Of a DNA stretch of 59,394 nucleotides, positions 11,791 through 23,547 are shown in pieces. Under the pieces are notes generated by a model. The model was not told the origin of the DNA. It saw only the letters and a list, made by a program, of their open reading frames with translations, and did not search any database. Source of the DNA: Octopus bimaculoides. Its lineage: Eukaryota. Location of the stretch: assembly GCF_001194135.2 (NCBI RefSeq), contig NC_068981.1:117460191-117519584 (forward strand). The letters run 5' to 3'. The first letter of the stretch is position 1, and each line of letters begins with the position of its first letter. Made by a program: the position numbers and the translations under genes.

Positions 11791-13111
11791 GACAATGATT
11801 TTCCAATAAAGGGGGCTATAAATTTGTAGAAAAGTGGTTTAATCGATTGCATTAAGCCTTGTAATGATATGTATTATACTGATTTTGATGTGAGATTTTG
11901 TAGAGAGACGCAATGAAAATTCCCGAACTTATTAGAATATAATCCTCAAAACGTGGAAGGGGAGAAAACTAAATATATACGTAACTCAAAATACGTCGGA
12001 ATTTGGTTCGAAAACATGAGACGTAACTCGAAAAACTACGTAACACGAAAAGACATATAAAAAAAATTAATGGCTTATATTTGTTTTAATAAATGGCTTG
12101 TTAATATATTCACATGTATTTTATATGATTTTCCACTTCAGTATTGACTATTAGGTGTTATTTTCGACGTCATGTCGGATAAAATGACTAAACTTGAGGT
12201 TTGTTTTTCTCCTTTAATTTCTTAAAAATAAAAAAAACAGTAGTTAAATCGAAGAAGACGTCAATCTAAACGACGTAAGTTGAGATATGCCAATATTAAC
12301 TACAAAAGAAAAAAGGTTTCACATGGCATTTATTGCATTTGTTGCTCTTATTTCCGTATTTCACTCACAATGACGGATATTAGTATGCATATCTATCGCA
12401 CATACGCACACGTAGTCACATAACTTGCATTGACATAAATATGGAATGACTACAGAGTTGTGTCATAATAATGTTAAAACATTGGTTTATGAGTTGTTCA
12501 TGATAGCAGACTAAGATACTCTACATGTTTAAATAATGACAGTTTATGAGAAACCAACTGTTTGTTATTAATTCCTCTATACACATTTGCTCACACACGC
12601 ACATACATAGATACATACATACGTACACACACACATATGCATACATATATATGTAAATAGGTACACAAATACATACGCACACAGACACAATCACATTCAC
12701 ACACATGTATGCAAGTATAGAAACTCATGAGGGTGGGGAGAGAAGANNNNNNNNNNNNNNNNNNNNNNNNNNNNNNNNNNNNNNNNNNNNNNNNNNNNNN
12801 NNNNNNNNNNNNNNNNNNNNNNNNNNNNNNNNNNNNNNNNNNNNNNNNNNNNNNNNNNNNNNNNNNNNNNNNNNNNNNNNNNNNNNNNNNNNNNNNNNNN
12901 NNNNNNNNNNNNNNNNNNNNNNNNNNNNNNNNNNNNNNNNNNNNNNNNNNNNNNNNNNNNNNNNNNNNNNNNNNNNNNNNNNNNNNNNNNNNNNNNNNNN
13001 NNNNNNNNNNNNNNNNNNNNNNNNNNNNNNNNNNNNNNNNNNNNNNNNNNNNNNNNNNNNNNNNNNNNNNNNNNNNNNNNNNNNNNNNNNNNNNNNNNNN
13101 NNNNNNNNNNN

Positions 13112-13166
<55 letters not shown>

Positions 13167-13559
13167 GTGTATCGATGTCAAATCAAGTCATTACTAAGGA
13201 AGAGTATACTAAAAAAAAGAAATTCCTTATTTCACTATTCTGAATCTGTTGCTCATGTCATAAGAAACTTCAGCATAGTAATAACTATTTTACGTAGGAA
13301 ATTTAAATTCGTATACATCACCTTCTACCTTTTGATAGTACTGTTTTGCTAGTTGACCCACTTCTACAGTAATACGTTGCACTAAGCATCATTATAAGAT
13401 GAATAAAAAGGTTTTGTTGGTCATAGACTTGTCACATTTCAACTACTTTATCCTTGCAGGTTACGCAACTTCTTTCCCTAAAAAGAACACTCATATATGC
13501 ATCACCAATTTACTCCCTCTGTATATTCAGGTAAGTTCTCAAATCACTGGCCAGATAAG

Positions 13560-14300
13560 CTAATTCGGTTAATGAAATGATTTATCAGATCATGAATCGT
13601 TTCTCCAGGTGCGCTACTAGTCTTCTATATATCTCTATACCGTACTAATCTATATTATTCCAGTTCACATAAGTAGTGCGAAAGAATATATGCCATATCT
13701 GATAAAATTCTTTTGAGTTGCTTGTCATGGAATTTTGTTGTAATAGCTGACTGCATGTTATTTTTGATATGCAACAGCTATTTTACGGTTATTTAACTAT
13801 CTTTCTACGCCATTTGCGATTCCTGGTATGCCGCTCACCGCGGGTGAATAATTTCCATTTTATTCAAAAACCTTGAGACGAAAGCTCGGCAAATACCTTT
13901 GTAGACACTTAGAACTTTATCATCGCAATTCATATGGCTTTATGCGATATAATGAATATATCCTTTGTTTCCATAATCCATTATATAGAGATTTGGGGGC
14001 GAGTATTCACTAAACAAACAACCACTTTAGCTAAAAGTTCTAGTAGCTGTCTTATGTTAGTACGAAATCACATATTCGTCAAGGAGTACATTTTCACTTC
14101 CATTAAATTCTTTCAAGATAGATGCTATTCTACTGACTCTGGAGAGATGAAACGTAATTCATTTAACTGTATTCACTGGGTTCAGTAAATCTTGGAGGAA
14201 TTTGCCTCCTCTGTATGATACGAGTGCCTTTGACTCTCAAGGAGATCTTCCGCATTTGACAGGTTATGTGTTAGTTCAATCTACTTTTACCCACACATAC
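13560..14300 (-). mobile_element. Possible extremely decayed RTE-type reverse transcriptase
   Basis: Scattered weak motif resemblances only (LSDMAY cf. LSDL.YADD; LAYLAS cf. F.YLGS), in the expected order. Confidence 0.3.
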
Positions 14301-14759
14301 TCCTCACTGAGAAAGTCCAACTTTACCATAGGCAGTTAGCGCTGGATTACATGTTTTCATATAGCTCATTTCCACCACCCTGTGATGGAATTGGTCTTGA
14401 CTTGACATATAATATTTGTATAAAAATACTGCATACTGGAATGAGTACTATAGCATTTAGCTTGTGGAGTGGGTTGTATAGCTAAGGCGATGGATCTATG
14501 GAAAACATGGTTCGGCGACTGATTTCCTCTCTCTCAGACGCGCACACATCTGTATACGAACAACACCAGCATAAAGAAGGCAATCACTTTTATATGTTTG
14601 AAGTATCATTCTGCACTACATCTCAATGTATTCAGAGCAAGAAAACACTTGAACATCAACTAATTCTGTTGTGGTATAATAAACAATGTGAGCGAGATAC
14701 AGTTTGCATTAGTTTTGTGTTTTGAAACGCAATTTTATCATAGTATCTTAATTATATTT

Positions 14760-15010
14760 TAGGTGAATTTCGACATACTTAATAATTGATGTGTGCTCTT
14801 TAATAATTTTATACTTATTTCAGACAGAAAACATTCTTGAAGCATATGTGCCCTTAATTATGAACATGGCAAAAAGGACCTTCGCTTACTTTTCTTGCAT
14901 GAGTTCAAGCTTAGGTACAATGCCTCCCAAACTGCTGCCAATATCAACAGAGCATGGGGAGAGGGGTCCACCAATGATTGCACAGTACGAAAGTGGTTTC
15001 AAAAATTCTT
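14760..15010 (+). mobile_element. Mariner transposase N-terminal HTH fragment
   Basis: After a 1-nt frameshift near ATG 14866 it reads KDLRLLFLHEFKLRYNASQTAANINRAWGEGSTNDCTVRKWFQKF, like the Hsmar1/SETMAR-type N-terminus (IRAIFLFEFKMG..A..TRNIN.AFG.GT.NERTV..WFKKF). Confidence 0.85.
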
Positions 15011-15134
15011 CCCTTAATTACTTCCCTTAATAAGAACTAGCTGAATCACCGCCCTGAATCACCGGTCGATTCAGCTAGTATATATCTAAACTCTTGTTCG
15101 TAGTTTGAAAGTAAAAAGTGAAACTATAATTTTC

Positions 15135-18100
15135 TTAAAGAATTTCCTTATAGACAACGTTGTCAGTGTAGATTCCTTTCATACCCTTGTACTCTGAATC
15201 CAAAGCCAATATATTCCCATTGTTCCCAGAACCAACCCTACTGTTGAAAACATAGAACTGGCCATGGCTGAACATAGGTGTTGGCAGGTAAATTCTAACT
15301 TTTTCTAAGGTCTGCCCCTGGGATTTGTTTGATGTCATTCTAAAAGCTGACTTCATAGGAAACTGCTTCCTGGAAAATGAGAATGGATAGTCTTCAGTGG
15401 TGGTCAGTGAAATTAGTGGTATTATTATTCCGATTCCAGCATGTGTCCCATTAGCCACTTCTGCTTCAAAAAGGTGGTTGTGCAGATTCAACACCATGTC
15501 TTGTTCCATTACAATGACCTGCTGGATCAAGGTTCCTGAGCAGCATAATAGAAGAGTGCTTCTTCAAAATCAAAATGTGTGGTGGAAACCCTGGTGGATT
15601 GAGATCATTGATCAGTTCCAGCGGGAACTCAATCTCGTGTTTGTGTAAAGTGATACAGCTTCGATAAGTTTTGCTATCTGTTTGTAGAAGTTTCGACATG
15701 ACAACTTTATTCACTTCTTCAGCAGCCTTGTTTATAGGAGTAATGATGGCTCTGCTGTTCATCCATAGTCCCACTCTATATTTCTCATCAATACTTCTGA
15801 AGGCCACTTCACAAAGGTCCTGTAGCCTTGCAGAGTCAATCAAATGCGGTGGAGAAATCGATATTTTGTATTCACCAATTTCTTGATTGATAGGAAATGT
15901 TCAATTCCCCGGCTGGTCAAGGTAGGATGCGAAAGCAGTGTCATCATCGCAAGAATTTTGGACTCTCTTATTGACAGACTACTTCAGACTTTGAACATGG
16001 TTCCAAATATATGACTGTTTTAATGTGGCATGAAAAATCTGGGCTCTGGAACCTCTTTTCACCACGGGCAAGATCTGCTTCCAGTCTTCAGAAAACAAAA
16101 CAGTCAGACCGCCAAACAGCTTACTGGTTCTTGTCTAACTCCCCTGAGACTGCGATCAACACATTCATAGACATGCTTATGTCCTATTGTAACCACGTCA
16201 GTAACTAGTAGCCTTGCCTTTTGGAAAAGTTTTTTTTTTGGGGAATCACTTATCTTCATGTGGCACATAGATTCCTCTGTAATTCTCAATGGAATACTGC
16301 ATCTGGAGTGCAAAGTTCGCTTATGTTCCAGCAGGGTGGCAGCAATTTCAGAGACTGCAGTGACAACAGCAATATGACCTTGTGACCGAACTTCAGTGAG
16401 AATCAGATTGATTGTGTAAGTTTTCCCCGAGCCACCACTCGCGTTCAATATTTCTCCTTCCTTGTTTATAACTGATCCAACACCTTGGTCAAAGTTATAT
16501 CTCTGTTCAGCATTTAGTGCTGGAAACCTCTCGAAAACACGATCACGGAGAGCAGCTTTCTCAAAATCGACCTCTTCCTGCGGTATCATTGGAAGACCAA
16601 GATTTGCCATTGTAACTTCTCTAGCCAATCTTACTTTGATAGAAAGCAGAACCCCGTTGTAAAGGAATTCTGTTTGTTATCCCACGTGGTTTTGCCATTT
16701 TTTGTCATCACAAAATGCATCCTTGTATCTTTCCCATAAATCTTTGGCATCACGTAGCCGACAGGTAAGGAGAACAGCACAAAATACGTATCTTAGCTGG
16801 TCGCTGAAACTGATGTTTGGCTTCATCTAATGTTCTAATGATTTCGTCGTTGTCTTGTAAAAGACCCAGCTTTGTACACGCGTCTTGGTAGTTGAAACAT
16901 AGATCACCATTAACAGTCCGTAAGACAGTGTATGATTGGGGACCTTTGACGTGATGCAGCAGCAACCTCAGTTAATATAATTCTTTCTGCCGGACATGGG
17001 AATGCGACCAATAGTACTGGTTTCATAGTTTCCATCTTCCATGATTGTTCCCTTTTTCCTCTTTTGCCACTTCTCTTTTTTATTCCAAGTGTAATACTTT
17101 GGAATTTCAGCATATATCTTTTCTCTGGCGTCTGAGTCATATTTATTTAATGTGAAAAATTCAGTCAAAGTTGTTTTGCTGCAAGCTCAGAGTTTTCAGG
17201 CAGCTCATCATCAAAAGTAAGAGACTGTTGATTTTTCAAATGGTATGAAATATTTATGACAGTTGGTTGTCTGGAATGGATCGAAAATCTGAATATCTTC
17301 CAAATGAATCTGAATATCTTCCAAATATCTTCCTGATGAGAGGTATCTTGCATTTTGGTAAGTATCAATTTCATTGTCAACCACCTTAAGGCTTGAAACA
17401 TTCCAATTGTTTCATCAGTACTGCTTGATCGGATTTAAACATTGACTCTATCAGGCCCTTTAGTGAGGTACTTGAAAAGATATTTCACCGCCTGTACAGT
17501 GTACACCCTGCCCCCAACATTTAGATGACGGTTGTATCGGAGAGATAGGAATGTGTTGTATGGCACTATGAAGCTATTATCTATTTCAGTAGATGTCCGA
17601 GTAGTTCTAATGTGTGTCTTGCCTGTGGAGATTGGTGACCGACATCTGTATTCTGGATAGGCGTCATCACTCACAAATGTAGAACTTCTACATTGTTTGG
17701 GAAATGATTTTGTGCATTTTGGTGGATCACCATCCATTCATGGATTATTTGGATAATAGCATCCACATGGTCTGTGAATGTTGTTTTTTTTACAACAATC
17801 TCCAATAGTTCTGAATTCATATCCTTATCTGGTATCTCCGCACATACAACTCGATGAATGATTTCTGGCTTTCTCGACTTATCTGTTGCAGCCATAAAGA
17901 CCAACATGTGGAAATGGGGCAGACCTATCTTCAACCATTCAGTTGTAGAGACATGTGCTACTACTTTTCCCAAGACATTATTCTTTAATAAATCAGCCTT
18001 CAGAGAGTCGTGCTTCATTTTAAACACTTGCCTGCAATGTCAGGTTGATCCTGTGTTCGTTCACCTTCAAACAGTGCTTCCGTTATCTCTGCCTACTTTG

Positions 18101-19959
18101 AGTTGGTTGTCATAACGATGAAATAGTTTGGCTTTCCAAACCATAGTCATTCCAGCTTGGAAACATTCCCTGTAGGAGAACCAGTATGTGATGGCGGAAG
18201 AATGATTTTAGACCCTACGTCATTCATGTCACCATTTACAATAGCATCCAGAAGGCCCTGATACTTTTCAGCCTTAAGTTGTTTCTGATGAGTTCTCATG
18301 GAGTGTAATCGATCTTACTCTATCTTTGAATATTGATCTACTGCATATTGTTGCATCGGACGCTTACTTTTTATTAGCCATTGAACTCATCCTTTCTTAC
18401 CTGAAGCCGATAAGAATAACAATCACATTCAATTATGTTTTGCTTTGGTTATTATCTTTCAAGAGCACATTCAAGCCATCTTCCCCATAGGGAAACCGAA
18501 GAACACAATGAAGAGGGTTATAGCTTCTGTGGATTTGACTAATGTGGTCTAACTTCTCATTGCTCTCTCTGTACTGTACAACAACATTCGCAGGTTTAAT
18601 GTTTGGATTATTGGTATTATCTCCCTCCATAAGCACAGCAACTTCTGATCAAGTCGGTGGATTATAGGTTCTCGCATGTGACCCTGCAGAAATAAGCCGT
18701 TTGTGATGACTTATGATAATATCACCGACAGAACATTTTCTTTGCGCAGAGTATTCCTTAATTATATAAATAGCCTGTTAAAAAATGTTGACATATGGAT
18801 TGTGAATATGCAATGCTCTCTGCAAATCTAGCAGGATGTTCTCATTAAGGTCATTATCAGCTCCTCCGAATGACAATCTGTTTCTCGTCTTATTTTCAGT
18901 GTCATCGAAATATAGCTGTGCGTAGACTGGCTTCCTATTTACTGCTGGTAGGAGACTTCTTGTGCCGTGATACAACTTTCCTTGAATCTTGAAAGCAGAC
19001 ATAAAAGTGCTACCACCCGGTGGTCCAACTGGTGGATTATCCAGTCCACATGAAGTCACAGCCAGTAAGTTATTGTAGTCACAAATTTTGTTCAGAAACA
19101 TTTGACCGCACAGATTAACATCATAGTACTTAGCTATTAATTCTCGGGGTTTATCATCTGTGGAATTTCGTCATTGTTAATTTTTCCTTTTCCACAGCAT
19201 AGGGTAATTTTATCAGTACCTAAAGGTAAGCATTGCAGTCAGGGCATATTATGTTAAAAATGCTTCTACAGTAGTGCAACATAAGGCTTGGGTTTCGTTC
19301 TTTCTCATGAAAATCTGCCACGTCAACTTCCATAGCCATTCTCTCAGTGTCAGTTCTATCGTGCCTAGTTGTTTGCTTGACGATGCTGAATTTGTGGCAG
19401 ATTCACAAATTTTCCCCTATTCCCCCCAGAGTACTGTTTCCTCAGCCGATCAATATTTCTCTGTGCTTCTATTTCTTGTGGTGTTTCCATTGCACGGCTT
19501 TTCTGTTTTCTCAGCCGATTCACATTGCTCCGTGCTTCTATTTTTTTCTGGTCTTTTCATTGCACAAGTTTCGTGTGTTCTCATCCGATTCGCATTCCTC
19601 CGTGATTCCGAATCTTCTGGTCTTTTCATTGCACTGGTTTCCTGTCTCCTCAGCCGATCTGAATTTCTCCTTGCCTCTCTTTCTTCTGGTGTTTCCATTG
19701 CACGGGTTTCTTGCAGTCTCCTTCGCTTTATTTCGTGACACTGGAAAGAGCTACGTCCTGGTCTATTTTCTTCAGTTAGCATCTGTTGTCTTTGCTCAGC
19801 GATCTTTTGGGAAATTTTTTCGGGACAGGTTGCTACCCTTTCTTTATCTGGGTATAGTGTACTGCTGAAAGCATGAATATTTATGATAATTATACAGTGA
19901 AAGTTTTGAGACGATTCAGCTAGTATTTGAGCCAATTTCTCTGAACAGGAGGTTTTCAT
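15135..19959 (-). pseudogene. Helitron RepHel (HUH Rep + Pif1-like SF1 helicase), fragmented by stops and frameshifts
   Basis: Ordered motifs: 23-aa repeats; ICPDCNAY..CCGKGKI zinc finger; FKIQGKLYH..SLLP..PVYAQLYF; YNPLHCVLRFPYGEDG; FGKPNYFIVMT (Rep motif 1); EWLKIGLPHFHML (HUH motif 2); KYLFKYLTKGPDR (Y2 motif 3); ASGGSGKTY (Walker A); GFPPHILILK..IMLLRNLDP..CNGTR; QFPMKSAF..NKSQGQTL..FSHGQFYV..SRV; TDNVVYKEIL*. Confidence 0.95.
19441..19725 (-). repeat. 69-bp coding tandem repeat (~4 copies; 23-aa STPR-like units) at the RepHel N-terminus
   Basis: CATTGCAC anchors at 19488, 19558, 19627 and 19696 (periods 70, 69, 69). Units METPEEREARRNSDRLRRQETSA and MKRPEDSESRRNANRMRTHETCA. Confidence 0.85.
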
Positions 19960-19997
19960 GGTATTTATTGTAAATATTTACGTTGGGTAGATATTTA

Positions 19998-20446
19998 CAA
20001 TTACACCACTTTCGCTAATACTATTTTAAAGTGCGATTTTTATGTTGTTGAATTGCTCTAAACGAGTTTGACCATAGAAATGTCGGAGATTTAGTATTTT
20101 TTAAGGTAATAATAAAATTAGTCGAACCTATTTTCATGCAGTCGAATGCGAAAAGTTTCCGAAATTTTCATTTATTTTACACCTACTATTTCAGAATTCT
20201 ACACATGCGTGAAACATCAGAGGGCAGTACATTCAATAACATATTCATACACGCAACGATGTAAACAGATATAAGAATAGCTGCGATGGCCGACGGCATG
20301 AAAGCAGATCCGACAAATTATATTAATATCTTAAAAAATACAAAATTTTCAACATTTTTATAGTAAAATTCCTTTAGAGCAATTCAATAACATAGAAATC
20401 GCACTTTAAGATAGTATTTAGTGAGTATAGCGTAATAGCGTAATTG
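19998..20446. mobile_element. MITE/foldback element with ~150-bp imperfect TIRs and TA flanks, nested in the Helitron 5' region
   Basis: 19996-20144 aligns with the reverse complement of 20291-20448, e.g. TTTAAAGTGCGATTTTTATGTTGTTGAATTGCTCTAAA vs TTTAGAGCAATTCAATAACATAGAAATCGCACTTTAA. Ends TA|CAATTAC...GTAATTG|TA. Confidence 0.65.
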
Positions 20447-21339
20447 TAGTTTTCACCGAAGACTGACAGTATTTTTGTTTTTTTCCCCCACAAATGGTCA
20501 CTATAGGTGAAAGAAGGCAACCGGTGAAGAGAATGAGGTAAGAAAAGTAGTAAATATGTGTGTATGTGTGTGAGAGAGAGAGTTATGAGAGGTAACACTG
20601 TAAGAGAGAGTGAGTTAAGAGAAGCAGTAAATATGTAGCAGGGAGAGAGAGTTATGAGAGGTAACATTGTATGAAATTCTGTCAATTACCATTCCTCACA
20701 CTACAGTTCTCAATAAGAGAAATAGGTAGTAAGCATGAGGAATTGTAGGAGAGTCATTGAATAGTGTGAGAGGAGTAATTCATTTTGTTGGATTTTACCA
20801 GACTGGAACCAGACCGGTTAATTTTCGTGAATCCTCTATAGATTTTGACACTCTCCGGGTACCCACGGTTTCTCATGCCAAGTTTGGTCGAAATCGGTCA
20901 ATGGTTGCAGAGAAGTTCGGTAACAAAATTTTGATAGAGAAACACATGCAGACGTAAATAGCGCAATTGTAGTATAGATCAAAACCACAAACATACATAC
21001 ACATGCGCGCGTACACTCTCACATATACATATACATATACATATATACGTATATGTATATGTGTGTGTGTGTGTGTGGGTGTGTGTGCGCGTATGCGTGT
21101 GTGTGCGTGGGTGTATGTGTGCGTGTGTGTGTGTTTGTGTGTGTGCGTGTATGTGCGTGTATATATGTGTATATATATGTGTGTATATATATAGGTTATG
21201 AGAGGTAATGGTGTCAAGAAGACCCAAAGATGTCAGGTACTGCTGAGTAAATGCTATGGACAGACTATAGCTAAGCTCCAAGTTCAGTGATTATGCGAAA
21301 GAGGAGTCCAACGTAGGTCATATTTCAACATAGGTATAT

Positions 21340-22060
21340 ATAAAAAAATTAACAGAATGAGATAAAAATCCAAGGCTGTGAAAGATTTCAGAACATTTAT
21401 AAATAGAAGGTCTTACAGCTGTTTCCGGGATATTTGATATATCCCTTCATCGGAGACGATGTGAGAAAATGGTTAAACAATAGTTAATTGAGATAAGATA
21501 TGAAATAGAGAGTGAAATGGAGTAATAAAAATAGACTTGCGATATGCAAGGATATTGTATCTTCAGTTCCATTATTTAATCAGAATGGTATACATATAAG
21601 ATTACTGTACCTTGAGATTAAGTTCCAATAGTATTTTAAATACTACCGGAACTTAATCTTCATCGTTACATGCACAGTTTATGGCAAGTAAGCATTCTAT
21701 GATAAAACCAATCATTTACACATATTTAGGTAATATAAAAGGGTTTATTATGTGGAGTTTCCTTTGTATTTTGACTAAAATAGTATAAGGAGTATAACTT
21801 TTTATATATATAGCTATGTGTGGTTTATCTCAATTGGGCTTGTAAAATCGTGAAATTGAAATTGAACTTATTTCTCATAACTACTAGAATATATAACTTA
21901 GGAAAAGCGAAAGAAAGGCTGATTAAAACTGGGAAAAAGGTTTTCATCACCTTCTTTTACGAGCATTCTTAGTTATAATCTTAATGTTTTGTATTTAAAT
22001 CCTTCAAGTTAGGTATTTCTAATTATGAAACGTGATGAAACCTTCAAATAGCAATATTTA
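21340..22060 (-). mobile_element. Penelope-like element relic (terminal repeat with hammerhead motif; possible trace of GIY-YIG region)
   Basis: Shares GGTCTTACAGCTGTTTC..GGGATAT..CATCGGAGA with 54479-54534. The coding trace is weak. Confidence 0.45.
21410..21457 (-). ncRNA. Minimal type-I hammerhead ribozyme motif (PLE-type), variant core
   Basis: Minus strand: GTCT-CCGATGA-A-GGGATAT(ATCAA)ATATCCC-G-GAAAC-AGCT-GT-A-AGAC. 4-bp helix I, 7-bp helix II, 1-2 bp helix III with palindromic AGCT loop; U4C change. Confidence 0.65.
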
Positions 22061-23547
22061 CATATCAAAGACTATGATCCATACGACATTTTTAATCGAA
22101 GTGCAACACCAGAAACTATGATAACGAGCCATATTTGTGACGGGAATTTTAGAAAGTATTTGCACTTGTCGCTCAATGCTGGTTTTGCATAAAGCAGTGT
22201 ATGACATATAAAAATATATATAAGTACTTAAGGTACTGCTTGTACTTAAATACTTAGATATATACGTACGCACACTCACATGCACACACAGATGCATACA
22301 CACGTGTGCGTATGTACATACTGTATCTAAATTACTAATGTATTTTATTGCATTTATAAATGTTAGTCGGTTGGATGATTTCTCCAGTGACGTTTTATAT
22401 CGTACAGTGAGAGAGAGGGAGAAGGGAGAGAGAGAGGGAGAAGGGAGAGAGAGAGAGAGGGAGAAGGGAGAGAGAGAGAGAGAGAGAGAGAGAGGGGGAA
22501 GGGAGAGAGAGCGGGGTTTGAGGGAAGAAGAGAAAAACAGAGTTAACATAAAAGGAGCACAAAGAATGCATATGCTGGATTTGGATGAAGGCAATGACTN
22601 NNNNNNNNNNNNNNNNNNNNNNNNNNNNNNNNNNNNNNNNNNNNNNNNNNNNNNNNNNNNNNNNNNNNNNNNNNNNNNNNNNNNNNNNNNNNNNNNNNNN
22701 NNNNNNNNNNNNNNNNNNNNNNNNNNNNNNNNNNNNNNNNNNNNNNNNNNNNNNNNNNNNNNNNNNNNNNNNNNNNNNNNNNNNNNNNNNNNNNNNNNNN
22801 NNNNNNNNNNNNNNNNNNNNNNNNNNNNNNNNNNNNNNNNNNNNNNNNNNNNNNNNNNNNNNNNNNNNNNNNNNNNNNNNNNNNNNNNNNNNNNNNNNNN
22901 NNNNNNNNNNNNNNNNNNNNNNNNNNNNNNNNNNNNNNNNNNNNNNNNNNNNNNNNNNNNNNNNNNNNNNNNNNNNNNNNNNNNNNNNNNNNNNNNNNNN
23001 NNNNNNNNNNNNNNNNNNNNNNNNNNNNNNNNNNNNNNNNNNNNNNNNNNNNNNNNNNNNNNNNNNNNNNNNNNNNNNNNNNNNNNNNNNNNNNNNNNNN
23101 NNNNNNNNNNNNNNNNNNNNNNNNNNNNNNNNNNNNNNNNNNNNNNNNNNNNNNNNNNNNNNNNNNNNNNNNNNNNNNNNNNNNNNNNNNNNNNNNNNNN
23201 NNNNNNNNNNNNNNNNNNNNNNNNNNNNNNNNNNNNNNNNNNNNNNNNNNNNNNNNNNNNNNNNNNNNNNNNNNNNNNNNNNNNNNNNNNNNNNNNNNNN
23301 NNNNNNNNNNNNNNNNNNNNNNNNNNNNNNNNNNNNNNNNNNNNNNNNNNNNNNNNNNNNNNNNNNNNNNNNNNNNNNNNNNNNNNNNNNNNNNNNNNNN
23401 NNNNNNNNNNNNNNNNNNNNNNNNNNNNNNNNNNNNNNNNNNNNNNNNNNNNNNNNNNNNNNNNNNNNNNNNNNNNNNNNNNNNNNNNNNNNNNNNNNNN
23501 NNNNNNNNNNNNNNNNNNNNNNNNNNNNNNNNNNNNNNNNNNNNNNA

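Larger units (their letters stand above)
15037..20978 (-). mobile_element. Full-length decayed Helitron (rolling-circle transposon), 5942 bp
   Basis: Minus-strand 5' end A|TCTATACTAC at 20978, followed by CCGATTTCGACCAAACTTGGCATG. 3' end CTAG|T at 15037-15040. The A|T flanks fit the Helitron target. Internal RepHel pseudogene. Confidence 0.88.

Noticed and set aside
17284-17326. 21-bp tandem duplication in the Helitron ORF (IWKIFRF twice)
   Set aside because: Most likely a post-insertion slippage mutation in a dead element.
19441-19725. Regularly spaced repeats that could be read as a CRISPR-like array
   Set aside because: The units vary throughout, keep a 23-codon period inside a transposon ORF, and have no unique spacers or cas genes; the context is eukaryotic.
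14760-21000. Idea that the Helitron inserted cleanly into the mariner
   Set aside because: Mariner sequence does not resume beyond the Helitron 5' end at 20979.
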